From assembly GCA_964016885.1 (NCBI GenBank), contig OZ024745.1, positions 101,556,001 through 101,620,000 on the forward strand: a stretch of 64,000 bases of DNA, in the 5' to 3' direction. Positions 49,330 to 62,847 of the stretch are shown in pieces. This stretch comes from Eledone cirrhosa. Its lineage: Eukaryota. Both the position numbers and the translations under genes were made by a program. Position 1 is the first letter of the stretch; each line of letters begins with the position of its first letter. The notes under the pieces are model-generated. The model was not told where the DNA came from. It did not search any database and saw only the letters and a list, made by a program, of their open reading frames with translations.

Positions 49330-49725
49330 ATTAAAATTATTCTCACCAGAGAAAGGAGGAGGAAGAGAGTTTCATATGAGAAATATTTGCAGAAACTCTT
49401 GTTATAAGAGGGGACACCCACAGCCACAATGAAAGGATGTGAATTAGTTGAAAAATGAGTCACTTTCTTAGCAACCTTAAGAGGGGGAAAACATGAAGAA
49501 AGCCCATCAGAAGAGCAATCGGGGATGTATTTATAGAATTGAAATACAGAAGCAGTGTCCTGGTGATTAGAAGTGGATTGATATTTAGCTACCGAAACCA
49601 GATAAACTATATTAGAAATTTGCTCTTGAATTTGATCAAGGAGAGAAAGGACAGCAGTAGGGGCACCTACCCAGATGTGACAGCAATATTCCATACAAGG
49701 ATGAATAAGGGACTTATAAAAGTGA
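49330..49725 (-). mobile_element. CR1-group LINE RT C-terminal fragment
   Basis: YKSLIHPCMEYCCHIWVGAP..LSLLDQIQ matches the LYKS.IRP.MEY...W motif of CR1-like LINEs. Confidence 0.75.
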
Positions 49726-50107
49726 ATTTAACTGTTAAACTCCTCCTTTAATACTAATGAAAATATCATCTTTTGTATAATAATGCACACGGCCTGCACT
49801 ATCATGTGTAAATGTAAAATACAAACTGCAGATAATTGCAATACTTTTATTTAGTGTCTTAACCTTTTCACTAACTTATTTTCAGTGAGAGCCATTGCTT
49901 ATGATTTTCAAATACATTTGAAAATAATAAAAAAAACAGGAGTGATTTAATAATATAACTAATTTTCACATTAAGCTGGTATTTAAGCATAACTTACCAT
50001 AAAATGATAATAGAAGGTACTGTTATACTTTTATAGGGTCATGTTGCCAATAAAAAAACACACACCAGTTGAGTTTCACTTCACTTTTATTATTGGTTAG
50101 GTAACTA

Positions 50108-50318
50108 GGGTGGTGGATTGGCAGTATCGGAAGAGTCGGGACCCTGCTCTGCAGCATAGTTACGACCCTTTATGGTCTGAGTTCAAATCCCGCTGAGGTT
50201 AACTTTGCCTTTCATCCTTACAGGGTCGATAAAATAAAGCAACAGTAACGTACTGGGGTCGATTTAATCGACTTTTCCCTCCTCCCAAATTACTGACCTT
50301 GTGCCTATAATAGAAATC
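50108..50318 (+). mobile_element. SINE family A (long subfamily) with 19-bp TSD
   Basis: ATTATTGGTTAGGTAACTA at 50089-50107 and 50319-50337. Confidence 0.9.
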
Positions 50319-51394
50319 ATTATTGGTTAGGTAACTAACTGAAGAATGGATTAGTTACCTAACTAATAATAAATTGAAGTGGAACTTAATTGGTGGCTGT
50401 TTTTTTTTTTTTTATTGGCAACCTGACCCTCCCAGAGTATCACAATATGTTTCAAGACTCGGTTTCACATCAAGAATCTTGCAAAACAAATACAAATATA
50501 AACAGGTTAGTATTGTAGAACTAGGAGCAGTTTCAGGAGCAGTTTCAGGTAGTTTGGAAGGAAAAGCTTTAAATTATTGAAGTCCTATGTCCAATTTGTA
50601 ATTAAATACATTAATTTAAAAGAAAAGGGAAGGTCTCTCTTAATGTGAGGAATGATTAATAGATTTTATTAGAGAGATGCTTGGTTAGTAATGCCAAACA
50701 TGTCTCATGTGAAATAATTTATCATCACAAATGAGAACACAGAAAAATTTATGGTAGAATCTAGTCAGTTATTTGGAAAGAAAAGAGAGCTCTCTTGGAA
50801 ATGAAAAGTAAAATTCCTAATTTGAACAATTATATTACTACATGTAAACCTTCTGCTCGAATCTTGGGTAGATTGATAGATGAGTATATCCAGCATTGAT
50901 TGCCAGAGATATGAGGTTTCTTAACTTTTTTTGTATCACTCTAATTACTGCAAGGCAATAAGGGAGCCTGCTAGAAATAGAAACCAAATGTCTGTTGAAT
51001 TACATCCTACCATTTATCAAAAAGGGCACATTGCAACAGGAAGTCCCAGTTTCAATCCCACTGCATGGCATCTTAAGTAAGGGTCATTACCATAGCCCCT
51101 AGTCAACTCGGGCCATGCGAGTGAAAATGGGGAAACTGAAACTATAGAAGACCATTGGATGGATTGTACCTGTAATTCAGAGTTTCAGACTTGTCATAGA
51201 TTGTCACACTTATTTAGCTTGGGAATTATGTTATGGGTGCATGTGTCTGTGGAATACTCAGCCACTTACAATTCATTCAGTTGATCAAATAATTGAATGT
51301 TCATCGTAGAAACCAACAGTGGATTCATTATCATCACCAATCTCTATCATCTCTTACTTTTATGTAGACAACACTTTTTACATGTCTGCATCCT

Positions 51395-51607
51395 TTAACT
51401 CTTTAGCATTTACATTACTCTATATTTACTATTGTATTTTCTCACATAATTATCTCCCATGATATCAAATCTATGAGATTTTAATGTTATTTATTTTGAG
51501 AACAATACCATAACATCAGTATGAGCAGCCAGTTACAGCTGGTTTGAACAGAAAGTGGTGAGAGAACTCTGGTCAGATATGGCCAGTTCAAATGCTAAAA
51601 GTGTTAA
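51395..51607 (-). mobile_element. MITE family 1 (diverged)
   Basis: Homology to the family, TTAA ends. Confidence 0.8.
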
Positions 51608-53219
51608 CAACCCCAACTCCTGCTGTTCATTTTTCTTTCACTGTCTTCATTGACTCTAAAACTTAGACATCACTCATTCAAGGAAAAAGAATTCTACTAT
51701 AATCCTACTTTTTATGCATACAAAAAAAAAAGAAAATTTTAATCCCAGATTAACCCCTTCATTACCATATTTTTAACAAAAAACGGTGCCTATAATTTTC
51801 AAATAATCTCAAAACATAATCTAGAATTTGGAGAGATTTAGTTATATAATTAATTTTCTCACTATTAAGTTGGTATTGGGAGTATATTTTAACACAAGTT
51901 CTTAGATAACATTATAATGGAAGGTTTTAAATAACTATAGACACTTTAAAATAGATAGCTATGTATCATAAAATTAGGTTAAGTTTCATCGGAATATAAC
52001 AATGAATGACTCCAGAAAATTGACATTGCTTCTTCGAGAAAGAAAAGTTGCACCAAAACTACCCCCCCCCCCCCCAAAAAAAAAAACGAAAGCAAAGCAA
52101 ACACATCCAGCTTAACCATTTTGGCACCAATTCACTTGTGATTGTCTCTGGTTCTCTTATACAAAACAGCTAATATTTCACTTCTAAATTAAAACTTTTC
52201 ATATTATTTTTACTATATTCAAAACATCAGTTTCATAATAGGAAAAATTAGTGAATCCCAGCAAATTTTGTATTACTTTAAAAGTAATTTTCCCCGTGTT
52301 TAATGAAGGGTGAAGGTCAACTTTTAGAATACTTTATTTTCTCAGGTCTTCTAAGCTGGTAGGATGAAAGGAGGTAGTTTCTCTCAAATGGAATACCAGC
52401 TGAAATGCTTGTAACAAAGTGAATTCTGCTGAAGACACCCAGTAACCAGGTGGTGGTGTTAAATCAGATGACAAATTAAGATCACCATCCAAGAACTGAG
52501 AGCTAGACTGAATACCACCTGATATTTTAACAATACTACTAATCCACCACCCTAGGTTGTAGTTTATTTTGTCAACCCTGAAAGGATGAAAGAAAGGCAA
52601 AGTTGACCTTTGTATGTTTTGAACATCATTATCATTTTACATACACCTTCCTTGCTGGCATGGGTTGGATGGGTTGTCATTGTCCAAGTCTAGACAGGTC
52701 AGAGAGACCTCAGGTTACTTATATGTTCTATATTTGGCATGGTTTCTATGGCTGGATACCCTTCCTAACACCAGTCACATTACAGGATGTACTGGGTGCA
52801 TTTTATCATGGCACAGCACTTTATAAATTCTAATGAATGCCTTTTATCATAGTACCAGCCCTATCACTTTTCCGAGTGTACTGGGTGTAAGGGATTGTCA
52901 TATGCTTGACTAGACTAATGCAAGCCCTCTACCTAATATTGTCTCCATTTGATTGCCAACTACATTACTGAGTGTATTGGGTGCATTCTACGGTGACACC
53001 AGCACTAAAGGAGTTGTCATATGCTTGACTAGACTAATGCAAACTCTCTACCTAGTAACATCTTCATTTGATCGCCAACTACATTATTCTACCATGGCAC
53101 CAATGTTATTTTGGTGTGTTTGTTTAGCACTTTACATGCCTTACATGGCAGAGGTTGTCTTGTCCATTGCAGGCAACGGGACCTCTCCTTTCTTTTGCCA
53201 TATTTACTCTTAATGCTTG

Positions 53220-54070
53220 TACTGGTAGATGGGTCTTTTGTAGTATGGCAAATTGCCAGTCAATTTGATTCTGAGTGTTCAGTTTCTTGAGGTCTTATTC
53301 TTCACAACTTCATCTCCTGTCATCTTGGTATACCTCTACCACTGGTTCTTCAAATGCTCAACATTTTATCATAAAACTCCCACTCTCCTGATGCATCACA
53401 TCACCATACCAATGCAATCGTCTTTCTTGCACATTACATTCAATTCCTCTTATACTCAGCTTTTGTCTCAGTTTACTACTAATCTGTCATTCATTAACAT
53501 TAGATATTCAGTGGAGCATGCTTTCTCCTTTCATTTTAACCCCCACAAATCTTTTGTACTTTTGTACTCAAAGCTTATGTCTTACTACCATGTAGCATAG
53601 CATTTTGCACATTAAGCATCATATAATGTGCTCTTCACTTGAAGGGAGAGGCCCAATGTTGCAAACAGAGGTAACGGATACCTGAACTTCTTCTGCCGTA
53701 TTCTCACCGTGAATATAACACTTTTGGTACATCCACTGACACTGCTATCACCTCAGTAGCAAAAGCTTTCTACTACTTATAGTGAACATTTGTGAAAATT
53801 TATATCCTAAGTGCCCTTACTGTTGTCTACTCCTGTGAATCTGACACATATGAAGTCTACTTTCTCTGTCAGCCTAACCATGACCTCACTACATCTTTTA
53901 AGTGACCATTGTGTACCATTTACAAGTTTCTACTTAGTTTCTGCATATTGAGTATGGTCGTTTTTCTGATGCTTACAGAGTCTTATCTTCTTTCCTACTT
54001 ACTAAACCTTTAGTCTTTGCTAAGGTTTACTTTGAACCCCTTTGATTCCAGATTTTGTTTTTATGTCTGA
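53220..54070 (-). mobile_element. Old degraded RTE LINE (RT C-terminus)
   Basis: LESKGFKVNLAKTKGLV, KKFRYPLPLFATLGLSLQVK..LYDA remnants. Confidence 0.75.
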
Positions 54071-54729
54071 TAGGTTTGTATTTCATTAAAAATATAACCA
54101 CAAGAAGGTTAACCCTTTCATTACCATATTTCTAACGAAAGAGACAAGCTAGAATTTTCAAATCATTCTGAAAATAAACAATAATCTGGAGAGATTTAGT
54201 AAAATAACTTTTTCATTATCCAGCTTGTGTTTGGATCATAATATAACAAAGGTTCTTATGTAGAAATGTGATGGAAGATGTTTAGATAAATATGAACACT
54301 TTAAAATAAATAGTTCTGTATCATACCCAGTGGCAGTATCAAATTGATGGAATACTTCACTATATATGTTAGTATTCACCAGTGAATACTTGTGGTTGCT
54401 TTATAGTTTACGTATTTTCTAAAGCATATCAAGCAAATTGAGATTTTTTTTTTTTTTAGGATTAAAAATATTTCAACTGTTGGCTCTGTAAATAATCCTC
54501 ACTATGTAGTACTGTTCTTGTATCTTAGATGTCTCACCTCCTTCAACTAATGGTATCGTACTTCACTAGCTTTTTAACTGTTACAATGATAGATTCTTGA
54601 AAGCTATCTACTCCACCTGGTTCTGTTACCTGTCTTCACCAGTAATAGATTTCTGTTAGTTTCACACCAAGTATTACACACACTGCTTCATTTTAACTGT
54701 AAATTCAATTTTTATATGTATTTCGATAC

Positions 54730-55230
54730 ATCATCATCATCATCACTATTTTATGTCCATTCTTCCATGTTAGCATGGGTTAGACGGGTTGTCCTGTTGC
54801 TCATACAGAACTGACTTTGGCTTGGTTTCCTAACACCAACCTCATTTACAGTGAATACTGGGTGCTTTTTATCATGGCACCTACATGACCACTTTACAGT
54901 GTGGACTCATTGCTTTTATTGTTGTGACACCTACATGACCACTTTAGTCTCTCTCTCAATTCATTCATGCTTTGTCGTTCACATATATTGCTATTACACA
55001 TCCATCGGAGCATGCAAACTTCATTTCTTTCTAATCCACGCAAGTCTTGTGCACACAAGGCCCAAGTCTCACTACCATGCAACATTGCTGTTCATATGCA
55101 CACATCATACATTCTGCCTTTCATTTTGAGGGGAAAGCCTTTTGCAGCTAGCAGTTGTAGTAGTTCCCTGAACTTCTTCCATCCCATTCTTACCCTGGTA
55201 ACTGTGTTTTCAAAACACCCACCTCCACTT
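54730..55230 (-). mobile_element. RTE RT fragment fused to a SINE-type 3' tail
   Basis: MLHGSETWALCAQDLRGLERNE followed directly by the GGTTGGTGTTAGGAA...(ATG)n module. Confidence 0.75.
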
Positions 55231-56664
55231 GACTTTTATTTCTGGATCTTGAAAATTCCTATTCCCTAACTTTATCAACAGTGTCTATCTTGGACATGAA
55301 CTGAAAAAAGAAGACATCTGAATGTTAAACTATACTTTGAATTTTGACAATACATAGCAATAAGATGTATTTATTGTATTTTTGATTGTCTGAGGCAAGT
55401 TAAAAACTTCAAAGAAATCTCTCATAAGTATCTATCTTTAATGTTAAACAGTTCTGAGACTAACATTCTGCTTCCTATCAAAACTTTTCTGCAAATTTTT
55501 ACTTCAAGAAGTTCCTCAGAGCTTTTCAACTGACTTCATTATGGATATACATAGACAAATTGATTGCTGAAGAGTTATCATTATGTAAGACTAAGCAGTC
55601 AAAACTCTGTCATGGCTACACATAAAAATTGATTGAAGAGATTAAGCAACAAAATATTAGTTGATGCTTCTTTCTCAAACTATATAGTTCCATACATTCT
55701 GACCATGTAATACTTTGTTTTTCATTCATTTGGGGGGTCAATAAAATGAAGTACCAGTCCATGGTCATGGATTGGTGGGATTGTTAGAGGATCAGAAATG
55801 ATGCCTTAATCTATCTGTGGCTGAACTCTGCATTCTAAGATCAAATTCCACTGATGGTCACAGCTAATTACCCAACCACAGAACCACATCTCATTATAAA
55901 AGCTGCAATGTGTCGAGGAGGAGTGTGGTTGTCTAATACAACAGTTGAACAATAGTGATGAATTCTGTATTATAATTGTGTTATTTGGAATAGCTATGAG
56001 TATCTGGAAGAAGATGGTCAAGCGTTATATTTTAGGAAATGGAATTCGTGCCTATTTTTGATTAGAAATGTAGGCAAAAGACTTTTTCTTTTTTTAGTGG
56101 GGGTGGGGGTGCTTAAAGGATGAAGGGTGGAATCCAAGACCTTTTGTAGGGACTCCAAGATTGACGCTACAAGGGCGGTGCCCCAGCATGGCCTCAGCCG
56201 GACGGCTGGAACAGGTAAAAGAGTAAGGGAAGAAGAAACCTTGGCTGTAAAAATGATTGTATCTGTAATTTAAAGGAGCCAGCCTTGTGACACACACACA
56301 GTGTGTCATGTTGAATCTCACTCAAAACTAGATTGAAAGTACATGTATCTGTAGAAAACTCAGCTACATGCACCTCAATTTCATGAACAGGCTGTGCCAT
56401 TGATCAAACAACTGGCATACACGTTTGTACTTGCTGAATTCCAACAACATGCGTGTGTGTGATGAACATTTAATGTCCATTTTATGCTGACAACAAGGGT
56501 TGATATATGTGGGCAGAGGAGTTCACCATCTATGTTGATACCCTTTTCTCCCAGTTGACTTTTTTGATGATGGCATCTTGTAAATAAGATGTAAACATTC
56601 TCGGAGAAATGTTATCTCCTTGTCTTTCTCCTCTTTTTAACTTGATCTTGTCGCTGTCTTGATG

Positions 56665-57100
56665 TAAGCAGAGACTGGATGATTGAAAACCCATGTCATG
56701 TTACTCAACAAGCTTTTTGACAAGTGTTTAGAAGAAGGCTGTCTTCCTAACAGCTGGATTAATGCTGTAATAGTCCTAATCCACAAGAAAAGTAATAAAG
56801 CAGACTTCAGAAATTACCATTCAATCCCAATCAATGTCCTTCCCACCATTTACAAGGTGTTTTCATAAATCCTACTCAGGAAAATGTTGAGTACATTAGA
56901 ACTACACCAGCAAAGAGAGCAGGCAAGATTCAGGTCAGGATACTCAACAATAGACCACATCTAGGTAGAAGGCAAATAAATACATCTTCCTTCACTGCTT
57001 CACCTTCGTTGACTATGAAAGGGCATTTGGTTCCATCAAGTTCACCTCACGATTCACAGAACTGGAGAACAACCAAGGAGTGGACCCAGCTTACATTGCA
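56665..57100 (+). mobile_element. RTE-clade RT N-terminal fragment (another family)
   Basis: LFDKCLEEGCLPNSWINAVIVLIHKK..NYHSI..YKVF...QQREQARFRSGYSTIDHI. Confidence 0.8.
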
Positions 57101-57124
57101 CTAGTATTATATATATATATTTAA

Positions 57125-58410
57125 TCTCTATATATAAAGTTGTATTCCTGTCTGTTTGTTTGTTCATGAACTACTCCTATGGTTTTGGAGATAGACCTCC
57201 ATAACCATATATATTCTGAAACTACATCGCCCAGGGTACTTTGGATAAGTATATTTCATTTTAATCAAAGGTTTCCCCGGGAGCACAAAACCCCTGCTGA
57301 AAATTTTTTCCTTTCGATTTTTATGAAATTTAAATGTAAAAAATGACAAGATATGAAATGTAAATGACAAGATATGATGCCTATTCACAGGGGGTTAAAC
57401 CTCCTATAGTGAAAATTTTTAATAATAAATGGAACAAGATTTCACGAACACCTCCTATGGTTTTGGAGATAGACCCCCTCCCCATTTTCATCATTTCATC
57501 ATCATTTCATTTTACGTCCACTTTTCCCTGCTTGCAAGGGTGGGACGGGAACTGATTCTGGCTTGATTTCTACAGCTGGATGCCCTTCCTAACACCAACC
57601 TCATTTACAGTGAGTGCTGGGTGCTTTTTGCCGTGGCACCTCCACGACCACTTTGCAGTGGAATGATAGGGACCACAGTCCCTATCATCTCATTTCTACA
57701 GCTGAGTAAACTGGAGCAATGTGAAATAAAGTGTCTTGCTCAAGGAAACAACACATCACCCGGTCTGAGAATTGAACTCACAACCTTTCGATTGCAAGGC
57801 CAATGCTCTAACCACTAAGCCATGTGCCTCCATAACCATATATATTCTGAAACTACATTGCCCAGGGTACTTGGATAAGTATATTTCATTTTAATCAAAG
57901 GGTTCCCCGGGGGAACAAAACCCTCGCTGTAAATATTTTCTCTTCGATTTATATGAAATTTAAACCATAGGTAAATGACAAGATATGATGCCTATTCACA
58001 AAATTTCAGCAAATTTCAATAATATTAAGACACCCTAATGGAGTTTAAACCCCCTATTAGGGTTCCCGGGAGGCACAAACCCCCACTGACAATTTTTTCC
58101 CTTCGATTTATATGAAATTTAAACCATAGGTAAATGACAAGATATGATGCCTATTCACAAAAGTTTTGAATTGATAGTTTGAAAAAAATTATTTACAAGA
58201 AACAAAATAAGAATAAGATTTAATAATGTAATTTTGATTTGATATATTACAAAAAATGTTTTCCAATTTTTCATGCATTACATTTTACATTGAGTAATAT
58301 TGAAATGCAGAGTTTTTCTCTACAAATTATATCACTGATTTAAAATTAATCATCATTTTCTTACAAAAAAAAATGTGTGAAACGCAGCAAGGCGCAGGTA
58401 ATTCGGCTAG
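57125..58410 (+). mobile_element. Non-autonomous Helitron with internal tandem duplications, interrupted by SINE B
   Basis: A|TCTCTATATATAAAG...GTCTGTTTGTTTG 5' end, ACGCAGCAAGGCGCAGGT..CTAG|T 3' end. Confidence 0.8.
57482..57831 (-). mobile_element. SINE family B, full length
   Basis: Near-identical to the other B copies. Confidence 0.93.
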
Positions 58411-59460
58411 TACTATATGTATATAATGGCATTAGGAGTTTCAGCCAGCCATAGAAACCAAGCCAAAATCAGTTCTATATGTACTGATGACATGGTCATT
58501 TGACCTGGCTTATCTCATAATGGTACAACTCATCTAACCCATACTAGCGTGATAAAATGGACATTATACGATGTTGATGATAACAGTAATTTAGATCAAT
58601 ACACAATAATATTGAGTATGCTGTTCAATAATACTCAATGAATAATTGTTACAAAAAGAACAATATTTCAGAGCATACTCATAAATGATATTATTGAGAC
58701 AACATATTCAATATCTTGCATATATATAAAACAAGGCATAAGTAAAAGGACAGTCAGTATAATTAACTTACATTAGAATGGTAAATTACAATTCTTAGAG
58801 CCTGACAGTTCTGTTTCAAGCAGTGAGAAACAATAGCAATTGCCATTATTAGATAAATAAATGACAATGTCAGGATATCAGGTCTCTTCTATAGCAGCAC
58901 ATCTTATGAATCATACTAGATATTAAACATCCACCATGAGGCAGCATAGAGAGAATGAACTTCACATGCATTCAAAATATAACAATTTGTGGATAGAAAC
59001 AGGCGAGTCAAGAGAAATGCTTAAAATAGCTCCTCACTAGACCCGTGAAGTCACTCATCCAATATATTAAATACTAGGTGTTGAAATACAACAATTTAGA
59101 TCAATACACAATAATTTTGACCTTGCTGCTTAATTGAATAATTGTTACAAGAACAATATTTCAGAATGCACTCATAAAAGAAATTATTATTGAGACAACA
59201 TACTTGATATATGTAATATATATATGTTTGTGTGTGTGTGTGTGTGTGTGTGCATGTTTAAGACCATACTGATGGAAATTTCAAACTTTGTTACATCCAT
59301 ATATTGTACATTATTCTGCTTGTTTCAGTTTAGCTTGTATGACATCTGGTACTCTCCTACTTCATAGTTGAGTGGGTAGCACCAGCAAAGGCATTCAGCT
59401 GTAAAATTACTTTTTCTAAGAATATACAATTATCCAAATATATATATATATATATTTATG

Positions 59461-59495
<35 letters not shown>

Positions 59496-59897
59496 TCCAA
59501 CTCATGTTGTCTTGAAAGCAAGCATGTTAAACGGAAGGGGGGGGGGGGGGTAATAAAGACCCCCCCCAAAGACAAAAAAAAAACAAGTTTGATGTTAAAT
59601 GTCTATTTCTTTTTATATATATTTCTTTCAAATGTATTTTCCAAGTTGACAGCATCTCCCTATCTTAGTCTTCTGTGAAATAATTACAGTTCAGTGCAAT
59701 ATTTTTGATGCTATTCATTCACTTAAATTGTCGATTATTTGCTTGAATTGTTATTTCCTTGCTCAAATTCTCCAATCCAAACTGCTCACTATCCCTAACA
59801 TGATATCTCTTACTTGCACCAATGAAAGAGGTTCTATGCGGTCACTCAGTCTGTTAGAAATAACAGCCATATCCCTCTCATATCACACCCTACCATC

Positions 59898-60701
59898 TTA
59901 ACCCTTTCATTACAATATTTCTAATGCAAACAATGCATATCGTCATCATTTCATTTTATGTCCGCTTTTCCCTGCTTGCAAGGGTGGGACGGGAACTGAT
60001 TCTGGCTTGATTTCTACAGCTGGATGCCCTTCCTAACACCAACCTCATTTACAGTGAGTGCTGGGTGCTTTTTTTCCGTGGTGCCTACACGTCCACTTTA
60101 CAGTGTGGGCTGGGCGCTCTTTTGCCGTGGCACCTCCACGACCACTTTGCAGTGGAATGATAGAGACCCCAGTCCCTATCATCTCATTTCTACAGCTGAG
60201 TGAACTGGAGCAATTTGATTGCAACCTTTTGATTGCAAGGCCAATGCTCTAACCACTAAGCCATGTGCCTCTATGATTTTTTTTTAATAATTTGAAAATA
60301 ATCAAGAATTTGTAAAGATTTAGTAATCTTACTACCTTTCTCATTATTGTGTTGGTGTTTGGAGGACAACATAAACATTCTTACAGGAAATTCTTAAACC
60401 TGGCAAAACCATCTTCTCTCCAGAGAGAGAGAGGGGAAATGAGAAAGAGATTTAGAAGAAGAATCAATCCCAGTACTGGACTGGTACTAGTTTTATCCAC
60501 CCCAAGAAATGAATGGCAAAGTTGACCTTGGCAGGTTTTGAACTGAAAGAGTGGGAATAAATGCCACAAAGCATTCTATCTGATGTTCTAGTGACTCTGC
60601 CAATTCATTGTCTTAGATAAATATATACACTTTAAAACAAACAGTCTTGTATTGTAGAACCCTGGCACAGTTTCAGACAGTTTCGAACCAAAAGGTTTGA
60701 A
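59898..60701 (-). mobile_element. MITE family 2 carrying nested SINE B (59941-60271) and SINE A (about 60420-60610)
   Basis: The three MITE pieces are colinear with the uninterrupted copies at 12563 and 54110. Confidence 0.75.
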
Positions 60702-62678
60702 TACAATGTAGCCTCTGATTTACAAATGGATTGGATGTTTATGGCAGGAATACCTTTCATCAGAGGTTTTCTTGCCCAAAGTTGACTAAACAACAACAAA
60801 ACAATGTCTCTTACTTTACCATATCAGAATTTTAAATTCATTGCATGTGTGTTTGAATATGAATTGAAACTGTTCAGATAGCGATGTAATTGTTCAAAGC
60901 AAAACAAACCACAACATTTTCTACAGAAATTTTATGGATAAAGATCTAACAACTTGTCCACTATAAATATATTTTTTTTCTTTAATAAAATCAAATCAAT
61001 GGAGCCTCCACATAATCACTTGCCTTGCAAGAAATATCAGCAAAGTTTCTGTCAAACCATTCCCACTCCAATGGTTCTCTAAAATGTTTAGTTGCAGCCT
61101 ATCATCATCATCATTTTTATATCTGCTTTACATGCTGGCATAGATTAGATGGGCCATTAGAGTTTGAGTTAGGTTTTATTTAAAGTTACTCTCTTCCTAG
61201 ATGGGTTGGAAGTCTACATATTGCTTGTACATTCCATTTCTACAGCTGGATGCCCTTCCCAACATCAGACACTTTACAGAGTGAACAAGATGTATTTCAT
61301 CTAAATACCAGCATTTGTGAGACAAATTCTCAACAAGAGTAACAAGTCCTCTCTATCCTACATTGTCTCCAGAGACAAATTCTCAACAAGAGTAACAAGT
61401 CCTCTGTACCCTCCAGTCAATCTCCATTGTCTCCAACCAATCTGTTTGATTCCCACTTTAGAACAAATGAAACTATTTTGTGCTTAAAATCAAAATGTGT
61501 GTTAAAAAAGGGTATTTGTAAATATAAGCACAACCAATCATGTGGTTATGTATAGCACATTGGGCTTTTTCATTTCCTTCAGGTTGTAAAAGTGGTTGGT
61601 GTTAGGAAGGACAGCCAGCCATAAAAAACCTGCCAGAGACACTTCCATATGAGCAACATATGGTCTCCTGACCAATCCAGCATCAAATGGAATAAAATCG
61701 TCTAACCCATGTTAGCGTGGAAGATGGACGTTAAACGATGATGATGATGATGACCAATACCTTGTTAAGGTTTGGTAGATAATATATTTATGGTATCCCA
61801 TTGTATATATATATCATCATGATCACCACCTTTTAACATCTATTTTCCATACTTGCATGGGTGAGGCAGGTTATTACATTCTGAGGCTAAACCAGTCAAG
61901 TGACCATATCTTGCTCATATGTTCCATTTTGGGCTTGGCTTTTGTGTGTTGATGCCCTTCTTAATAACAACTTTACACTATATACTTGGAACATTTTATC
62001 ATGACTTCAGCACTACCACTTTACAGAGTGGACTGGGTGATTTTTATCTTGGTACCTCATTACAACACTAGGGTGCTTTTTGTGTCCTTGGCCAGGTTGG
62101 GAAAGCAGTGATGGGAGAGTAGGGGTGTAAAATGAGAGTGTGACATGCTGCTTGCTGAGACAGGGTGTCATCCCATTGTGGGACAGCGTCAGTTCATGGA
62201 GGTGGTCTTGAAGAGGGTCAGATGCATTTAGCAGTATATGGTGGGGCATGTCCAGATTTCCTTGTTGCCATGGGTTGGACAATGAAGGTGATGTAGTGGG
62301 AAGAGGTCAGAGCAGAATACAGACTGGGTGGAGGGTACACTTCTTTTCATGCTGGCATGGGTTAGACAAGGAAGTAGGATGAAGGATATGAGAGGAAGGA
62401 GACTAAGGAGGAATCTCAGTGGTGAGGGGGGATCAAGGTTGGGAAAGTGGATGTTGACAGGCAGGGAATTTTGTTTTACCTCTCTCTACTGTCCCCATGC
62501 TTATTTAATCCTACCCACATGGGAAGGTGTGTCTTCTGTCATATGGCATATCGGCAGTCAAATTGATCTTGTATCATCTCCTTTGTGAGTTTTCAGCTGT
62601 ATTAGGTTAGCCTTCACCACATCAACCCAACTTTTCCTAAATTTTTCCTCTTCCACATGCTTTAACTCCCACTGTTGA

Positions 62679-62842
62679 TTAACCCTTTAGCATTTCCATT
62701 ATTCTATATTTACTATTGTATTTTCATGGTAAAGGCTTTATCTTACATAATTACCTCACATAATATCGAATCTATAAGATTTTAATATTATTTATTTTGA
62801 GAACAATACCTTAATATTGGTATGAGTGGTCAGTTACAGCCA
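62679..62842 (-). mobile_element. MITE family 1, truncated
   Basis: One TIR plus about 160 bp, then an abrupt switch to Helitron-like sequence. Confidence 0.8.
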
Positions 62843-62847
62843 GATTG

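Noticed and set aside
54460-54487. Possible 28-nt exon after a poly-T AG
   Set aside because: Weak donor and ambiguous frame.
58588-59215. ~120-bp direct duplication (58588/59095); short tandem duplications at 39105-39290 and 61319-61410
   Set aside because: Ordinary local duplications without evidence of function or LTR structure.
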